From assembly GCA_043228905.1 (NCBI GenBank), contig JBHGNT010000005.1, forward strand, positions 7,626,001-7,690,000: a DNA stretch of 64,000 nucleotides, given 5' to 3'. The DNA is from Azolla caroliniana. Its lineage: Eukaryota > Plantae > Polypodiophyta. The position numbers and the translations under genes were made by a program. Positions 11,761-23,513 of the stretch are shown in pieces; position 1 is the stretch's first letter, and each line of letters opens with the position of its first letter. The notes beneath the pieces are model-generated. The model saw only the letters and a list, made by a program, of their open reading frames with translations. It was not told where the DNA came from and made no database searches.

Positions 11761-12979
11761 GAAATGTATGGTGGGAAGCATACAAATTTACAATCATGGA
11801 AAAAGGCTATGTTAAGAAATTGAAATGCATTTTGATGTGGCGGTTTTGGATATTGCAACATGTGGAGATTATTTTCCCAAATTCATATTCAGAATTTTTA
11901 ATGGCTTTACAAGATGTCCCTCTACATACATAGGTAAAAATGACTAAGAAGTTGTAACAATGAGTTATACATGCAATTAATATAATTGCGTGCTTTTATC
12001 TAGAGAGAGAAACTAGATGGATGTAGATGGGTAAACAGTCTAACAACTTATCATTGGGTAAGTTAATTATGATAAATAAAAAAGAGAGAAAGAGGGAGTT
12101 TTTTGTCAAGTTATATGGGATCATTTGTAGGAGAGTATCAAGATGAGCCATGGTTTGTGTTCCTACGGATTTCTCATCCATCAATAAACAAACAAAAGGT
12201 GTGACTCATCCATAAGCTATTAGGCAAATGTAATGTAAGATTTTGTTGGTATGCTTGTAAGAATTGCTAAAGGAAGAGAATGCATAATGCATGGGATATT
12301 TATTGCAAAGCACAATCTTTGTGGCAATTATTTCCGGGTATGATGCAATTTGGCAACAATGTATGACTATTCCTATTAGTAAAGCTTCATATCAATGAGG
12401 CTTTCACATCAAAATATCATAAAAAATGACATTAGAAATATTTTATCTTTCGAAACTTTAGATGTTTAGATGTTTTATCATTAAATGTTCAAGAGACATC
12501 ACACATTGGTTTGAAGAGAAAGAGAGAAGGATACTATCATTGAAAAAGATACATATTGCATTGCATTTTTGTATGTTTTTTGGGCTTTAAGGAATATATG
12601 ATGATTAAGTATCCAATGTGCATGAGTTTTGTTTGATGCTTATTGTATCCACTTTGCAAGAATGAATTATGATTCTCAATACATATCTTGGTTGTGCTTT
12701 GGCTTTAAAAACATGAACACGATATTTATTTATGTATGTCATTATCTTTGTGAGGTAGTTATGGTGATTTGTGTATATTTGCATACTTTTTATAGTAATG
12801 AAATGTATAACAATGTAGCATTATATAGAGCTTTTCATTTTTTAATTTTGTATGTCAAATGACATGTTAGTTTTTGCACTCTTGAGTCTTTTTCTTTTTC
12901 CAAAGAAAAAACTCCTTCCATTAGTTATAAAATTTTACATATGTATGAGATTAATATATACAAATCCGTGTAGGGACGC

Positions 12980-13260
12980 GATAGGTTCACCTTATGTGGA
13001 TGCCCACTGACTCAATAAAGGGGGAGGTCAACCATTACTGGATGAAGGCTAGTCGTTGTCTTTTAACTCCATCGTAGTCGCCCTTGAGGCCATCATATTG
13101 GCTTTTTAGAGTGGCTACAACTTCTTGTGTTATATGACATACATCTTTAAAAGATGCCTCTCAAAAAACTTTAATACTAACCCGTCAAATTTAGGCCCTA
13201 ATGCCCAATGTTGCAACATACAAATAAAAAATGGCTTTAGCAAGTAGGCATGCACGGAAA
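12980..13260 (-). pseudogene. L1 ORF2 C-terminal fragment
   Basis: VVATLKSQYDGLKGDYDGVKRQRLAF resembles TTLRAQYERING (21872 ORF) and AVLRGQYDNMQG (23052 ORF). Confidence 0.55.
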
Positions 13261-15151
13261 TATGTGTCAGGTATCCTCCTTAATCGTTGTGCCATCTTGA
13301 ATGCATAGGTGTTTTAAATTCATTGCATAAATATTCAACATCCAAACTATTGCATGCAAAAGAAACACATGTTTTGTTAACCACTCAATCACACACCCAT
13401 TGTATACATATATATTGTGTGACAAATCTCTATTTTTTATTATTGTATGGTAGGAGGAAAACCAAGCCATTTGGGATACATTGATGAATTCTTTTCACAT
13501 CCCCATATCAACAATCAAGAATGAAGTTAGAGCAATTATGATTATATTGATTTGTTGGGATTGCTCAATTCAACAAAACAAATATCATTTTTATGAAAAT
13601 TATGAGAGTGTGAACTCAAATCAAGGTGGAACTGCAAGATGATATCTTCCAAATTGAGCCCATATAGAACAACATGGAAATCTTTCTGAGGGGTTGGAGC
13701 AAAAGATTCTCCATGCATGGCAATATTATATCCACTACACAAAAATGAAAGTGTAAGATATTTTCTAAATTGAGATGGATTGAATGAAAGACATTCTCCA
13801 AGGTTGTTTATGATACTATTATCTTGACTTATGTAGAATCCAAGAACATTTCAGCAATGTAGAGCATCATTCTTGTCATCACCAATGTTGTCATAGTCAT
13901 CATTAGCATCATCTAGTTGTTGATTGTTAGCATTATTCTTTTGTAATGTTTGTATGTCTTTCCTACATAAAGTCAAGTCATATTATCAAAACATTGCAAT
14001 GATGTGTGCCTACTCTCATACAATCTTCTAGTATAGCCATGAATATCAACTCAAAATCACCACAAAGTGGATTCAAAGGCAAATTTGCTTAAGGAGTTTC
14101 ATGAATAAAATGAAAGAAGAGTGGATAGATGGAAACCCAAGCATTATATACAAACATGTGTATTAGAAGGAATAAATGAACACCACAAATGTCTCATATC
14201 AACGTGTGGTGTTATCTGGGGTTGACTATCTGTGCAGAGGAGTCATTTCGTATAGTTTTATGACAATGTGACGATGGTATCTCCTATGGAATAACGAATA
14301 CTACTGGGTAGATGGTGTGCACCTTTAGCAAATAAGAGGAGGTGTGCTTATATGGGTAGTGAAACGAAATATTTGCATATTCGCATACAAGATGATATTG
14401 TTACAAAGGCTTGTATGAGATTCATAAGTTTGCTCAAATTTAAGTTACTCTTTGAAGTCATTACAAAATCAAGGAACTTGATAGAGATTTACACCAGTAG
14501 TGCATGAGACAATAAACTTGTGAAATTTGTTACTACATGAAAGCATTGTGCTATGCGTTTTGATACATTAAAACATGATCGAGGTGTGTGTTATTAGGAG
14601 GTTCTACTATTTGAACATGATAGCTAAACATTTGAATATACAAGTGGAGATATACATGATAGGTACACATTTGAATATACATTACTCAAAGAATTTGAGG
14701 TATGTAGAGATAGATGTACATGGTCCAAAGAGTACAACCGAATTTATGATTTTTTACGGTTACTAACTTCAGGCTGTTATTTGTATGCTTGTAGGCCTTA
14801 GCTTCTACAACATTCACATCTTACAAATAATACATGTATATCAAGGCGATCTGGTCTTCGCAGGAAGCAATAATGAAAGAATTGAGCATGTTGGATTTAT
14901 TAGTGAGAATATTTGACAATCACCTTGTAGATATCTCAAGGAAACAACCAGAATCCTCAATGAGCAAATGAATGAGAGTATAAAAGCATCGTAAGTCCTC
15001 GAGAAACTAACGCAAAACACTCATCGTATGCACCGGAGAAAACGTTTGTATAGCTTTGCTTGGTAAATGAAACTGCGTTGAGAAACACGTTGGATGGCTC
15101 GATGTCCCGAGAGGAAATGGACAAGAGAGAAGGGGGGATTCGGCCGGGAGC

Positions 15152-18100
15152 CTATACATTGCCTCGAGTTTCAATGAGATCTTGGATGTGCTTAACGATT
15201 TCTACCATGTGTGGCCTCTTATCAGGGGAAGGAGAGACACAAGGCAAGGCGATACGGAGGAGGCCGAGAACCTCGTCGTACAACACATCGTTCTCATGGG
15301 TAAACTTCTCTTGGATCCACGGATCCACGGCCTCCACGTCCCGGGCACAAGATTTGACCCACTCGGGCAAAAGCACGCCGCCTTCCTCCGGAAACAACTT
15401 CATCGGGGACTTCCCTGTGATTAGCTCTAGGAGCAAAACCCCGAAAGAGTACACATCCCCCTTGTAAGTCATCATTTTCCCATCCGATGCGACCTCTGGT
15501 GGCGTGTAGCCATTCGGGCTCGCACCGGAGGCCCCCACCTCCTCGGACTTGGCCGGGGCGAGCTTCTGTAATAGGCCGTAATCACTCCATCTCGCCACCC
15601 CCTCCTTATCCAAGTGAACATTCATGGATTTGATGTTACCATGTACCACTTTCTTGCTATGCAAAAACACAAGCCCCTTCGCCGCCCCCGATGCGATTGC
15701 CAATCTTGCCTCCCACTCTATCTGTCCTTTGTTGTTCCCTGTGGATCCCAATTTCTTTTTCATGTTAGAAACCTTAACTTCGCCCACATCCTCATGTCAC
15801 TTAATTTAAACATGTTAAGCCAATCCAACCATTCCTATTTCATCAAATGCATCAGTTTTTCTTCTAGAATGGAATATATGATGATCTATCATTATCATAC
15901 AGTTAACAGAATGGCACCTAAATCTGATCTGACGAGAAAAAAGGGATTATGCGGAAAAATATGATACAATGGCTCTTGTTTATGAATGTATTGGTATACA
16001 AGGAAAAATCAAATTAGTGGGCATGTCTCGTCTTTAACCACAATTATGCAAAACGTTGTGGTTAACTTAAATTGGTTGTGTCTCCTAATGATGCATGGAT
16101 CCTGGTTAAGTGCAGTCCTAATTATGCATGGTTATGCACAGGTTTAGCTCAAGTTTCTCTAGCCCTCTCACTATGCATGCATTTTAGATGTTTTCATTCG
16201 TTCCCATAGTTTTGTCTACCCCTACGTGTGTGTTCGAAAAAGCCAAGAGATTTTTGTGTTTAATAAGGCAGTGTTAAAAACGTGAGAGATTGAGTGGAGC
16301 AGAGTTTTGAGTTTTGTCTCCAGTTGAGTATGCGCCAGAGATTTATTGAAAAACAAAAGTGGCAAGAAAGTCGGAGATTGAATGAATAGAGCTTAAAAGA
16401 CAGAGATTGAATGAAAACAGAGCGTTGAGAAGCCAGAGCACATTGAGTTTAAGCATTCAAAGTTGATTGGAATCAGTGTTCAGATGGTCAGAAGATTTGC
16501 TTAGAAAACAGCGCTACAAAGACAGAGATTGAATGTGTATCAGGGATGATGATTGAAAAAAACATAGTTTTGAGAAGCCAGAAATTGCAGAGAAGATGAT
16601 TGAAAACCCTAATTTTGAGCAGCCAAGACATTTCATATGGATAATAATCAGTGAGGACGATTAAAAAGCACAGTAAGTTTCGAAGAAGTCATTGAACATG
16701 CATTAGGGGTTGATTGAAAACACAGTGTTAAGAAAGTCAGAAAAAAGCTTCAGAAAAGCAGTGCTAAAAAGACAGAGACTGAATATGTATATCGAAGAGA
16801 TCCAATAGAGCTTTACCATGAAGCAATGAGAACAAACTCCCTTGAGGCATATAATCAGAGATGATAAGCTTTTCGTTCTTGGTGAAGAAGAAAGCTCGCA
16901 CAGGAACAAGATTCGGATGTCTGAGTCTACCCACACTCTCCACGGCCCTCTTACAAGAAGCTTCATCATCCATGTCCCTACCGATTTGTCTCAGTCTCTT
17001 CACAGCAAGAGTTAGGCCGTCGCTCATGGTGGCCTTATACACTGCACCTAATCCTCCTTTCCCTAAAACCTCTGCAGAAGCACGAAGCAGGTCTTCAAGA
17101 TCGTAGTTTGGTTTTTCATCGTCTCCAATGAAAGTAAGCTTGTTCAGGGCTCGCTGGCCATTACTATTTTTATCCTGACCATCGCCATCGCTGATTGCTG
17201 CTCTTTCTACTGCTTCGTGCTTGTAAATCGTGGTCTTGCTCATGTTTGGATTGTTAACTATATATCTCGATTCGAACTTATCCCTTCCTCCTGCGTACGG
17301 ATCCGATCCTTGCATCCGATTCTGCCTTGATCTCCTCCTTACCCAGAGAAGCAAGCATAGAACGAAAAACAACGCTGCTCCAGCCACAGATCCTACCACA
17401 ATCGCAGCAATGGCTCCTGCAGTGAGCTTTCTTTTAGAAGATGGTGGCGATGGTGGCGGCGACGTCTGTGATACGGGTGAGGATGGAGACGGAGCTTGAT
17501 ATGGAGAAGGAGAAGGAGAAGTAGAAGGACTATTTACGCATGGTGTTTGTACTGGCGATCCACACAGTTCGCTGTTTCCTGTGAAGCTTTCCTCTCCAAA
17601 TCGTGCCAAATATGAAGGGATCGGTCCACTTAGATTGTTTCCTGCAACGCTGAAGTTCTGAAGATTCAAGGCTATATCAGAAAGATATGGAATGGAGCCA
17701 GAAAGATCATTCTCCTGCAGCCGAAGAAGCCGCAGCTGCGTTAAGTTGTTCAGTGAGGGAGGAATGGAGCCATTAAAGCTATTAAACGAGAGATCAACAC
17801 GACGCAGGAGAGGCCACACAGAGAAATTGGCGGGTAGGGGACCTGAAAAGTCGTTGTTAAAGAGGGAAAGCTCTCGGAGGGAGACACAGTTTGTGAGGTC
17901 CGATGGGATGTTCTGGAGATGGTTATGGTGAAGACTCAGAACTCGTAAAGCGTGGAGCTTCCCGAGTGTTCCTGCAGGGATGGGACCATAGAGGCTGCGT
18001 CCAGGAAGACGAACTGCCAGAATTCTCGTCGTGTTCTGATCATAATCATCTGCACCGCAAGTTACCCCTACCCATGAAACGCAGGCATCGCTTGTGTTTT

Positions 18101-18323
18101 GCCATGAGGAGAGAGACCTTGCGTTGATGAGATTCGCTTTGAATGCGAGGAGGGCGGATGCATCCTCCTGGAGGCTTGCTATGGCGCAATGATCAGAAAG
18201 GAGTAGGATGAAGAGGAAGGAGAAGGAGAATAGGGTGGAGAAGTTGGAGCGATGGAAGGCTGGTGAAGGAACCATGGCTGCTGGGGGCCATCCGAGCGCA
18301 AACATATAATAAGTGGGAGGCAT
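15152..18323 (-). CDS. Leucine-rich repeat receptor-like kinase, subfamily LRR-III (probable inactive kinase); exons 18323-16817 and 15738-15152, ~697 aa
   Basis: Signal peptide, LRRNT (W..C.SW.GV.C), ~5 LRRs, GNSELCG cap, S/P-rich linker, TM helix, YDLEDLLRASAEVLGKG, HGNIKSMN, DVYSFGVLLLELITGK; GT donor at 16816, AG acceptor at 15740-15739 with a CTAAC branch point, phase-1 join LLHG-NNKG; alternative start at 18275. Confidence 0.93.
16240..16800. repeat. Degenerate minisatellite-like array inside the RLK intron
   Basis: Recurrent GACAGAGATTGAATG, TTGAGAAGCCAGA and GATTGAAAA motifs. Confidence 0.6.
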
Positions 18324-18346
18324 ATAAAGGCGCCCAGGGGCGGGGA

Positions 18347-18790
18347 GATGGAGATGGAGATGGAGATGGAGCGGATTAAGCAGCAGGTATGGGCGTATGA
18401 ATCACAGAAATTGGAAGAAGAAGAAGAAGAAGAAGAAGAAGAAGAAGAAGAAGAAGAAGAAGAAGAAGAAGACGAAGAAGTTATTGATGAGGAAAACAGA
18501 CGATGGAGATGGAGATGGAGCGGATTAAGCAGCAGGTATGGGCGTATGAATCACAGAAATTGGAAGAAGAAGAAGAAGTTATTGGTGAGGAAAACAGAGG
18601 ATGGAGATGGAGATGGAGCGGATTAAGCAGCAGCGGGTATGCGCGTATGAATCACAGAAATTGGAAGAAGAAGAAGAAGAAGAAGAAGAAGAAGAAGAAA
18701 TTATTGGGGAGGAAAACAGAGGATGGAGATGGAGATGGAGATGGAGATGGAGATGGAGAATCTGAGAGAGAGAGAGAGAGAGAGAATTAA
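18347..18790. repeat. Three tandem ~100-155 bp units with (GATGGA)n and variable (GAA)n tracts directly upstream of the RLK start
   Basis: GGAGCGGATTAAGCAGCAG..CGTATGAATCACAGAAATTG(GAA)n..TTATTG..GAGGAAAACAGA occurs three times, followed by (GA)n. Confidence 0.9.
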
Positions 18791-19172
18791 GCAGCAGAGG
18801 GTTTGGTGAGAGTGTCAAAACTTCTTCTTCTTCTTGCAGGTTTGATTAGTATGAGAAGAGAGAGAGAGAGATAGAGATCCTCACGCGGTAAGGAAGCATA
18901 GCCTTGACTCTCTCTCTCTCTCTCTCTCTTCAGTCAATATTTGAACTTATTTATGTATGTATGTATAAATTTTGGTTCCCCATTCCATTCATTTGTGTGT
19001 GTGTGTGTGCGCGCGCGTGTTGGTGTTATAATTTTATGAATTCAAAGTTTGACGAACAACAAAAGAATGGAGAAGGAAGTTAGGCCAGAGTTTCTTCTAG
19101 AATAATATGTATGTAATAATAATCATACATTATCACATCCACCCAACCAAAAAGAACACACGCCATTACCAT

Positions 19173-19220
19173 ATACATACATACATACATACATACATAC
19201 ATACATACATACATACATAC
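19173..19220. repeat. (ATAC)12 microsatellite
   Basis: Direct observation. Confidence 0.95.
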
Positions 19221-20163
19221 TAGAAAATGATCACCGTCCCCCCCCATGCCCCGCCTTTTGTTTTGGAGGGGGGAAGGGGTTGAACCCAAATGTATGAACC
19301 ATACGTACCATACGTGCAGTTTTCTCGAGTATGGTTAACACCCCTTCGAAGTATGGTAAATACCATACTTTTTGTGTATTCATTATTTATTATAACGTAA
19401 AAAAAAAAAGTTTAAGGTAAAAAAGTGTAAACAAAAAAACGAGAGTTTAAGGTAAAAAGTGTTTGAAAAAAAAAAAAACGTAAGAATGTTGTGATAACAT
19501 ACGCATTCGTTTTGCATTCTTATGAACAAGAATGTTTGCCCATGCATTCACGAGTATATTACGTACTATGGGTTGGACTATAACCTCAAATGAGTGAATG
19601 CAGCTCCATGACAACCGCACAATAATCTAACTAATACCTACTTTGTCATCCCGTTCACAACCCGTCCACAATAATGTGTAGAACGCTACCCCTTCCCCTT
19701 CATCCTCTCCTTTTTTTCCCGAGTATGTCATCATGCATTGGCATTGCGCAAAGAAAGAAAGAAAAGGAAAGGACAAACAAAAAAAAAGCCTCGTTCCGCG
19801 GACGAACCCGTTGACGCGCCTGCCATGGAGCAAAATGTGATGGTGTCCCCATCTTCCAATCCCTTTCTCTTTCTTCCTTTTCTTTGTTCTAAGTCTTCCA
19901 CCCGTTCCAATTCCAAAGCGGGAATTCAGTTTTTTATGTCCACACCTCGCAAAAGGGAAAGAGGGGTTAACCCTCTCGTTGGGAAGCTAAAATATTACTA
20001 AATTTTCATTCAATTCAAGCAAACCATCTATCCTCCTCCATGACATTACATGTGGCTCATATCGAATAATATATGATTAATATAATTCAATATAGATAGA
20101 TTTCTTCATGATGAAAGATTAATAATTCTTAATAATCATCGCACATCTATTTCATACAAATTT

Positions 20164-20207
<44 letters not shown>

Positions 20208-20829
20208 GTTTATGGTCCATGAGGAAGCCAAAATTGACCTATGGGACTGAATAAACATATCATATTCTATGTGACATGAGCCTTGTAAAAACACTTTATC
20301 TGAAAATAATTTGCACACACACATGTGCTCACTCCTCTTGGTAGGGACTTTGAGTATGACACTAAAATGATCATTCCCATCTAACAAGTCATCATTCTTC
20401 CTGTGAATTATGTTATATTTTGAGCATGAAGGAAGTAAGTGATATTTATCTTCTACAAGGTTTTCCTTTCCACCTACCTTGCAATATCGTTATACTAGGC
20501 CGATGATGGCATGATTCCACCACAACACCTAACTACTGTGAGTGACTTGGAAGAAGTGCAAAGGGCTCCTTCAGAGCCAAGGCTCATGGTGGGGTAGTAA
20601 GATGTAGAGGAATATGTTTCAACAAACATATTTAGACGTTTTTTGCCTTGTATCGGGCTAAGCATTGAGGGTTGACATTTTGCAAAATAATATATTCCAA
20701 ATTTGACATTTTAATATCTTGTCACATCATCCTTAGTGCCTCTAATAATCTATCCTTGATGATCAAATACTTCATAGCATCACCTAAGAGCTCAATTAGA
20801 TCTTTTATTCCCCATTTACTCTCTCTTTT

Positions 20830-20875
<46 letters not shown>

Positions 20876-21850
20876 TTCACATCATTTGGGAGAAACTACA
20901 TAGGATCCTAGAAGTAACGCAAAGCTACTCATCTCCTTCCTTATATAAGGAGTCTAGAAAGAAGAGAACATGAAACACTATAATCTCATATACTTTGTTG
21001 GACTTAAGTAAAAGAGTAAGATATAAATCAATGGAAAATTTCATTAGGAGGACCCCATCATCATAACATGAGAGATATAATGTTCTTGATCTTGCAGAAT
21101 TTCACAAATATGTACCTATAGTTATTGACTTCTGTGCCTATAATCTAATATTTTATTATATTGCTTGACAATCATGTCCCGTGTCATAAATGTTTATTTG
21201 TGATACAAAAATTTTACCAAAGGAGATTTTGTTTTGGAAGAAAGAAAGATAAGCAAGCAGGTAAAGTATTCTCTTTTGCTTTCTTTGTTCAATAAGATTT
21301 TGGAGACCTCATTTGATGCTTGAAAAGGCATCTGCAACAAACCTATTCTTTTCAGGTCATGATGGATCAATGTCCAAATTTGGTTGAAATCACGCCCATT
21401 GTAAAACATTTTGCCGATTTAAATTGGTAAAAAGAAATTTTTGCCCACAAATGACATGTGTATGCTAACGAAGTGTTTGTCACAATGAAGGGTTAATCTT
21501 TAATTTTTTGTTCTTTTGACAAAAGCTTCTATAAAGTTGTTTATTAATTTATAGGACAATAATATAAGGGCTTTCTATTGACATGGAAGGTTTTTGATAT
21601 TTTTAAATGGTTTATCTTAAGATTTAAGAGAATTGTCTCTATTTGTGTCTCTCAACTCCTATGATGTGATTCAAAGTTTACAAGTTGCAAACTCTACAAT
21701 TAAGAACATGTAAGTGTTGACAATGTTGTTTTATTTTGATAATTAGTTTGTTTATAATAGTGGATTAAAACGTTTGTACGTGGGTATAAACAATATTAAT
21801 AAGATGTCGGCTTCTCTAGACATGTTTATCTTCAAAAATATGGACATGCC

Positions 21851-22727
21851 GACAAATATGACCGCAAGATAATGATGTGTTTATGGCTTATTGCACATAG
21901 AGCCTTGCCGGTAGGGACGTGGGGTAAAGGCCCCAATGTAGACCCTCGATGTACTGCATGTGGACAGATAGAAAGCATCTCCCATTGTCTATGGGAATGT
22001 CGTGATGCAATGGTTGTATGGGGAAGGGCACTTCGTTTGCTTTGCCATGCCTCTAGTTCGTTCACCCTCAACTGGGGACATGCTTGTTGGATGTCTCTTG
22101 ACGTTGATGTGGCGACATACGATAGCACATGCAATGCTAAGTACAGAGGGGAGAATGGCATTGTTCGGCTGATCCTTGACAACGGGGTACCTACAACTTG
22201 TGTACAGAATCAAAAACTTGAAGATCTTTGGATGTTGCTTGCCCCCATCACTATATGGCATATATGGACAGCAAGGTGTACCAGGGTATTTTCCGCACAC
22301 AAACGCCCTCCAGCTGAATCAATTAAGCTAATTTGGCACACACTCATAACTACACTAAGAGCTCAATATGAGCGGATTAATGGTACTAATGATGCTGCAG
22401 ACCTAATGAGGCTGAATTTTCGAAAAAGATGGTGTACGACACCGATGGCCGCAGCAAATGGAATGGATATACTATGGAAGTATGATGTACCCAGATGGTT
22501 GTTTCCCCCTCCCATTAGTTGAACGAGGGGCGTGAAAGACATGGCAAGTGGGATAGTGACGGTAGGTGATGTATTTGTAAGGATGGCTTGAGTCATATGT
22601 AAAAGTGTAAGATAAATAAGTGAGATCTCTCGTATGTAGGCTAGCATAATCTTGGCACGGCCTACCTGAGAAAGGGATCGTGTTCATGTATATTTTAACT
22701 AATGGAGTATATTCTTTTTTGGAAAAA
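21851..22727 (+). mobile_element. 5'-truncated L1 LINE (zf-RVT and C-terminus) with poly(A) and 17-bp TSD
   Basis: ORF 21872-22522 has CTAC..ESISHCLWEC; A-tail at ~22723; TSD AAAAATATGGACATGCC at 21834-21850 and 22728-22744. Confidence 0.9.
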
Positions 22728-22999
22728 AAAAATATGGACATGCCAAAAGGACAAATCCAAGTTAAGCTCGTTGGAAATAAAATAAATAGTCCATCATTGA
22801 CAAAGCTATCATCTTAAGAGAAGTCAAAAAATTGCACGGACTTTCATTCATTTTCATGCATTTGTGGGAGTTTTTTTTTTCTTCAAAGATTAGTATTAAG
22901 AAAAAACATGTGAATGCTACAACTTAAGCTTGTATGCCCAAAAGCTTACAATTTTCCTGTACAATGATATACGATAATCCTAAGACCAAAGCTAGAACT

Positions 23000-23345
23000 T
23001 TGTAAAAGGTATTGAAATTTATTGTTGCATTATGCTATGCTTCACTGATATTCAAGAAAGGGTCGATGGAAGTTGATAGTTCCATTGAGGCCCTTTAGTT
23101 GACTCTGTAAACAAGGGTAACTTTGTCCATAAGTGAAGGAGCTTCTTCTTTCTATTGTTCACAATCTCTGGTGAACCCTGCATGTTGTCATATTGGCCGC
23201 GGAGTACTGCCAGCAAGTTCTCCCATATCTCAAGCAAGACATCTAAGAGACGTTGATCTGTCGCATCATAACGTTGGTTGCATCGACATTTCCATAATGC
23301 CCATAACGTTATTGTAGTCACTGTTTTCCATAGTAATCTCACAAA
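23000..23345 (-). pseudogene. L1 ORF2 C-terminal fragment
   Basis: ITLWALWKCRC..LRGQYD..W is homologous to ITIWHIWTARC..LRAQYE of the 21872 ORF. Confidence 0.7.
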
Positions 23346-23513
23346 CTTGACACCATATTAACGGGGTAGTTGTGCATGTATTCATGCAACCATGACGCAG
23401 TGTGGGAGGTAGTTTGTATGGTATTCCCACAACCTTGACACCATGTTAGGGAAGTAGTTTGTTGGCTGCCCAATGAGAGACATGTAATTTCGGTTATTAA
23501 GAGAGGTATTTCT

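Noticed and set aside
14100-14560. Possible decayed LINE C-terminus (GRW..C..ET..H-like)
   Set aside because: Too degenerate to support by eye
18348-18818. Poly-Glu/Lys/Ser ORFs
   Set aside because: Products of GAA and GATGGA microsatellites
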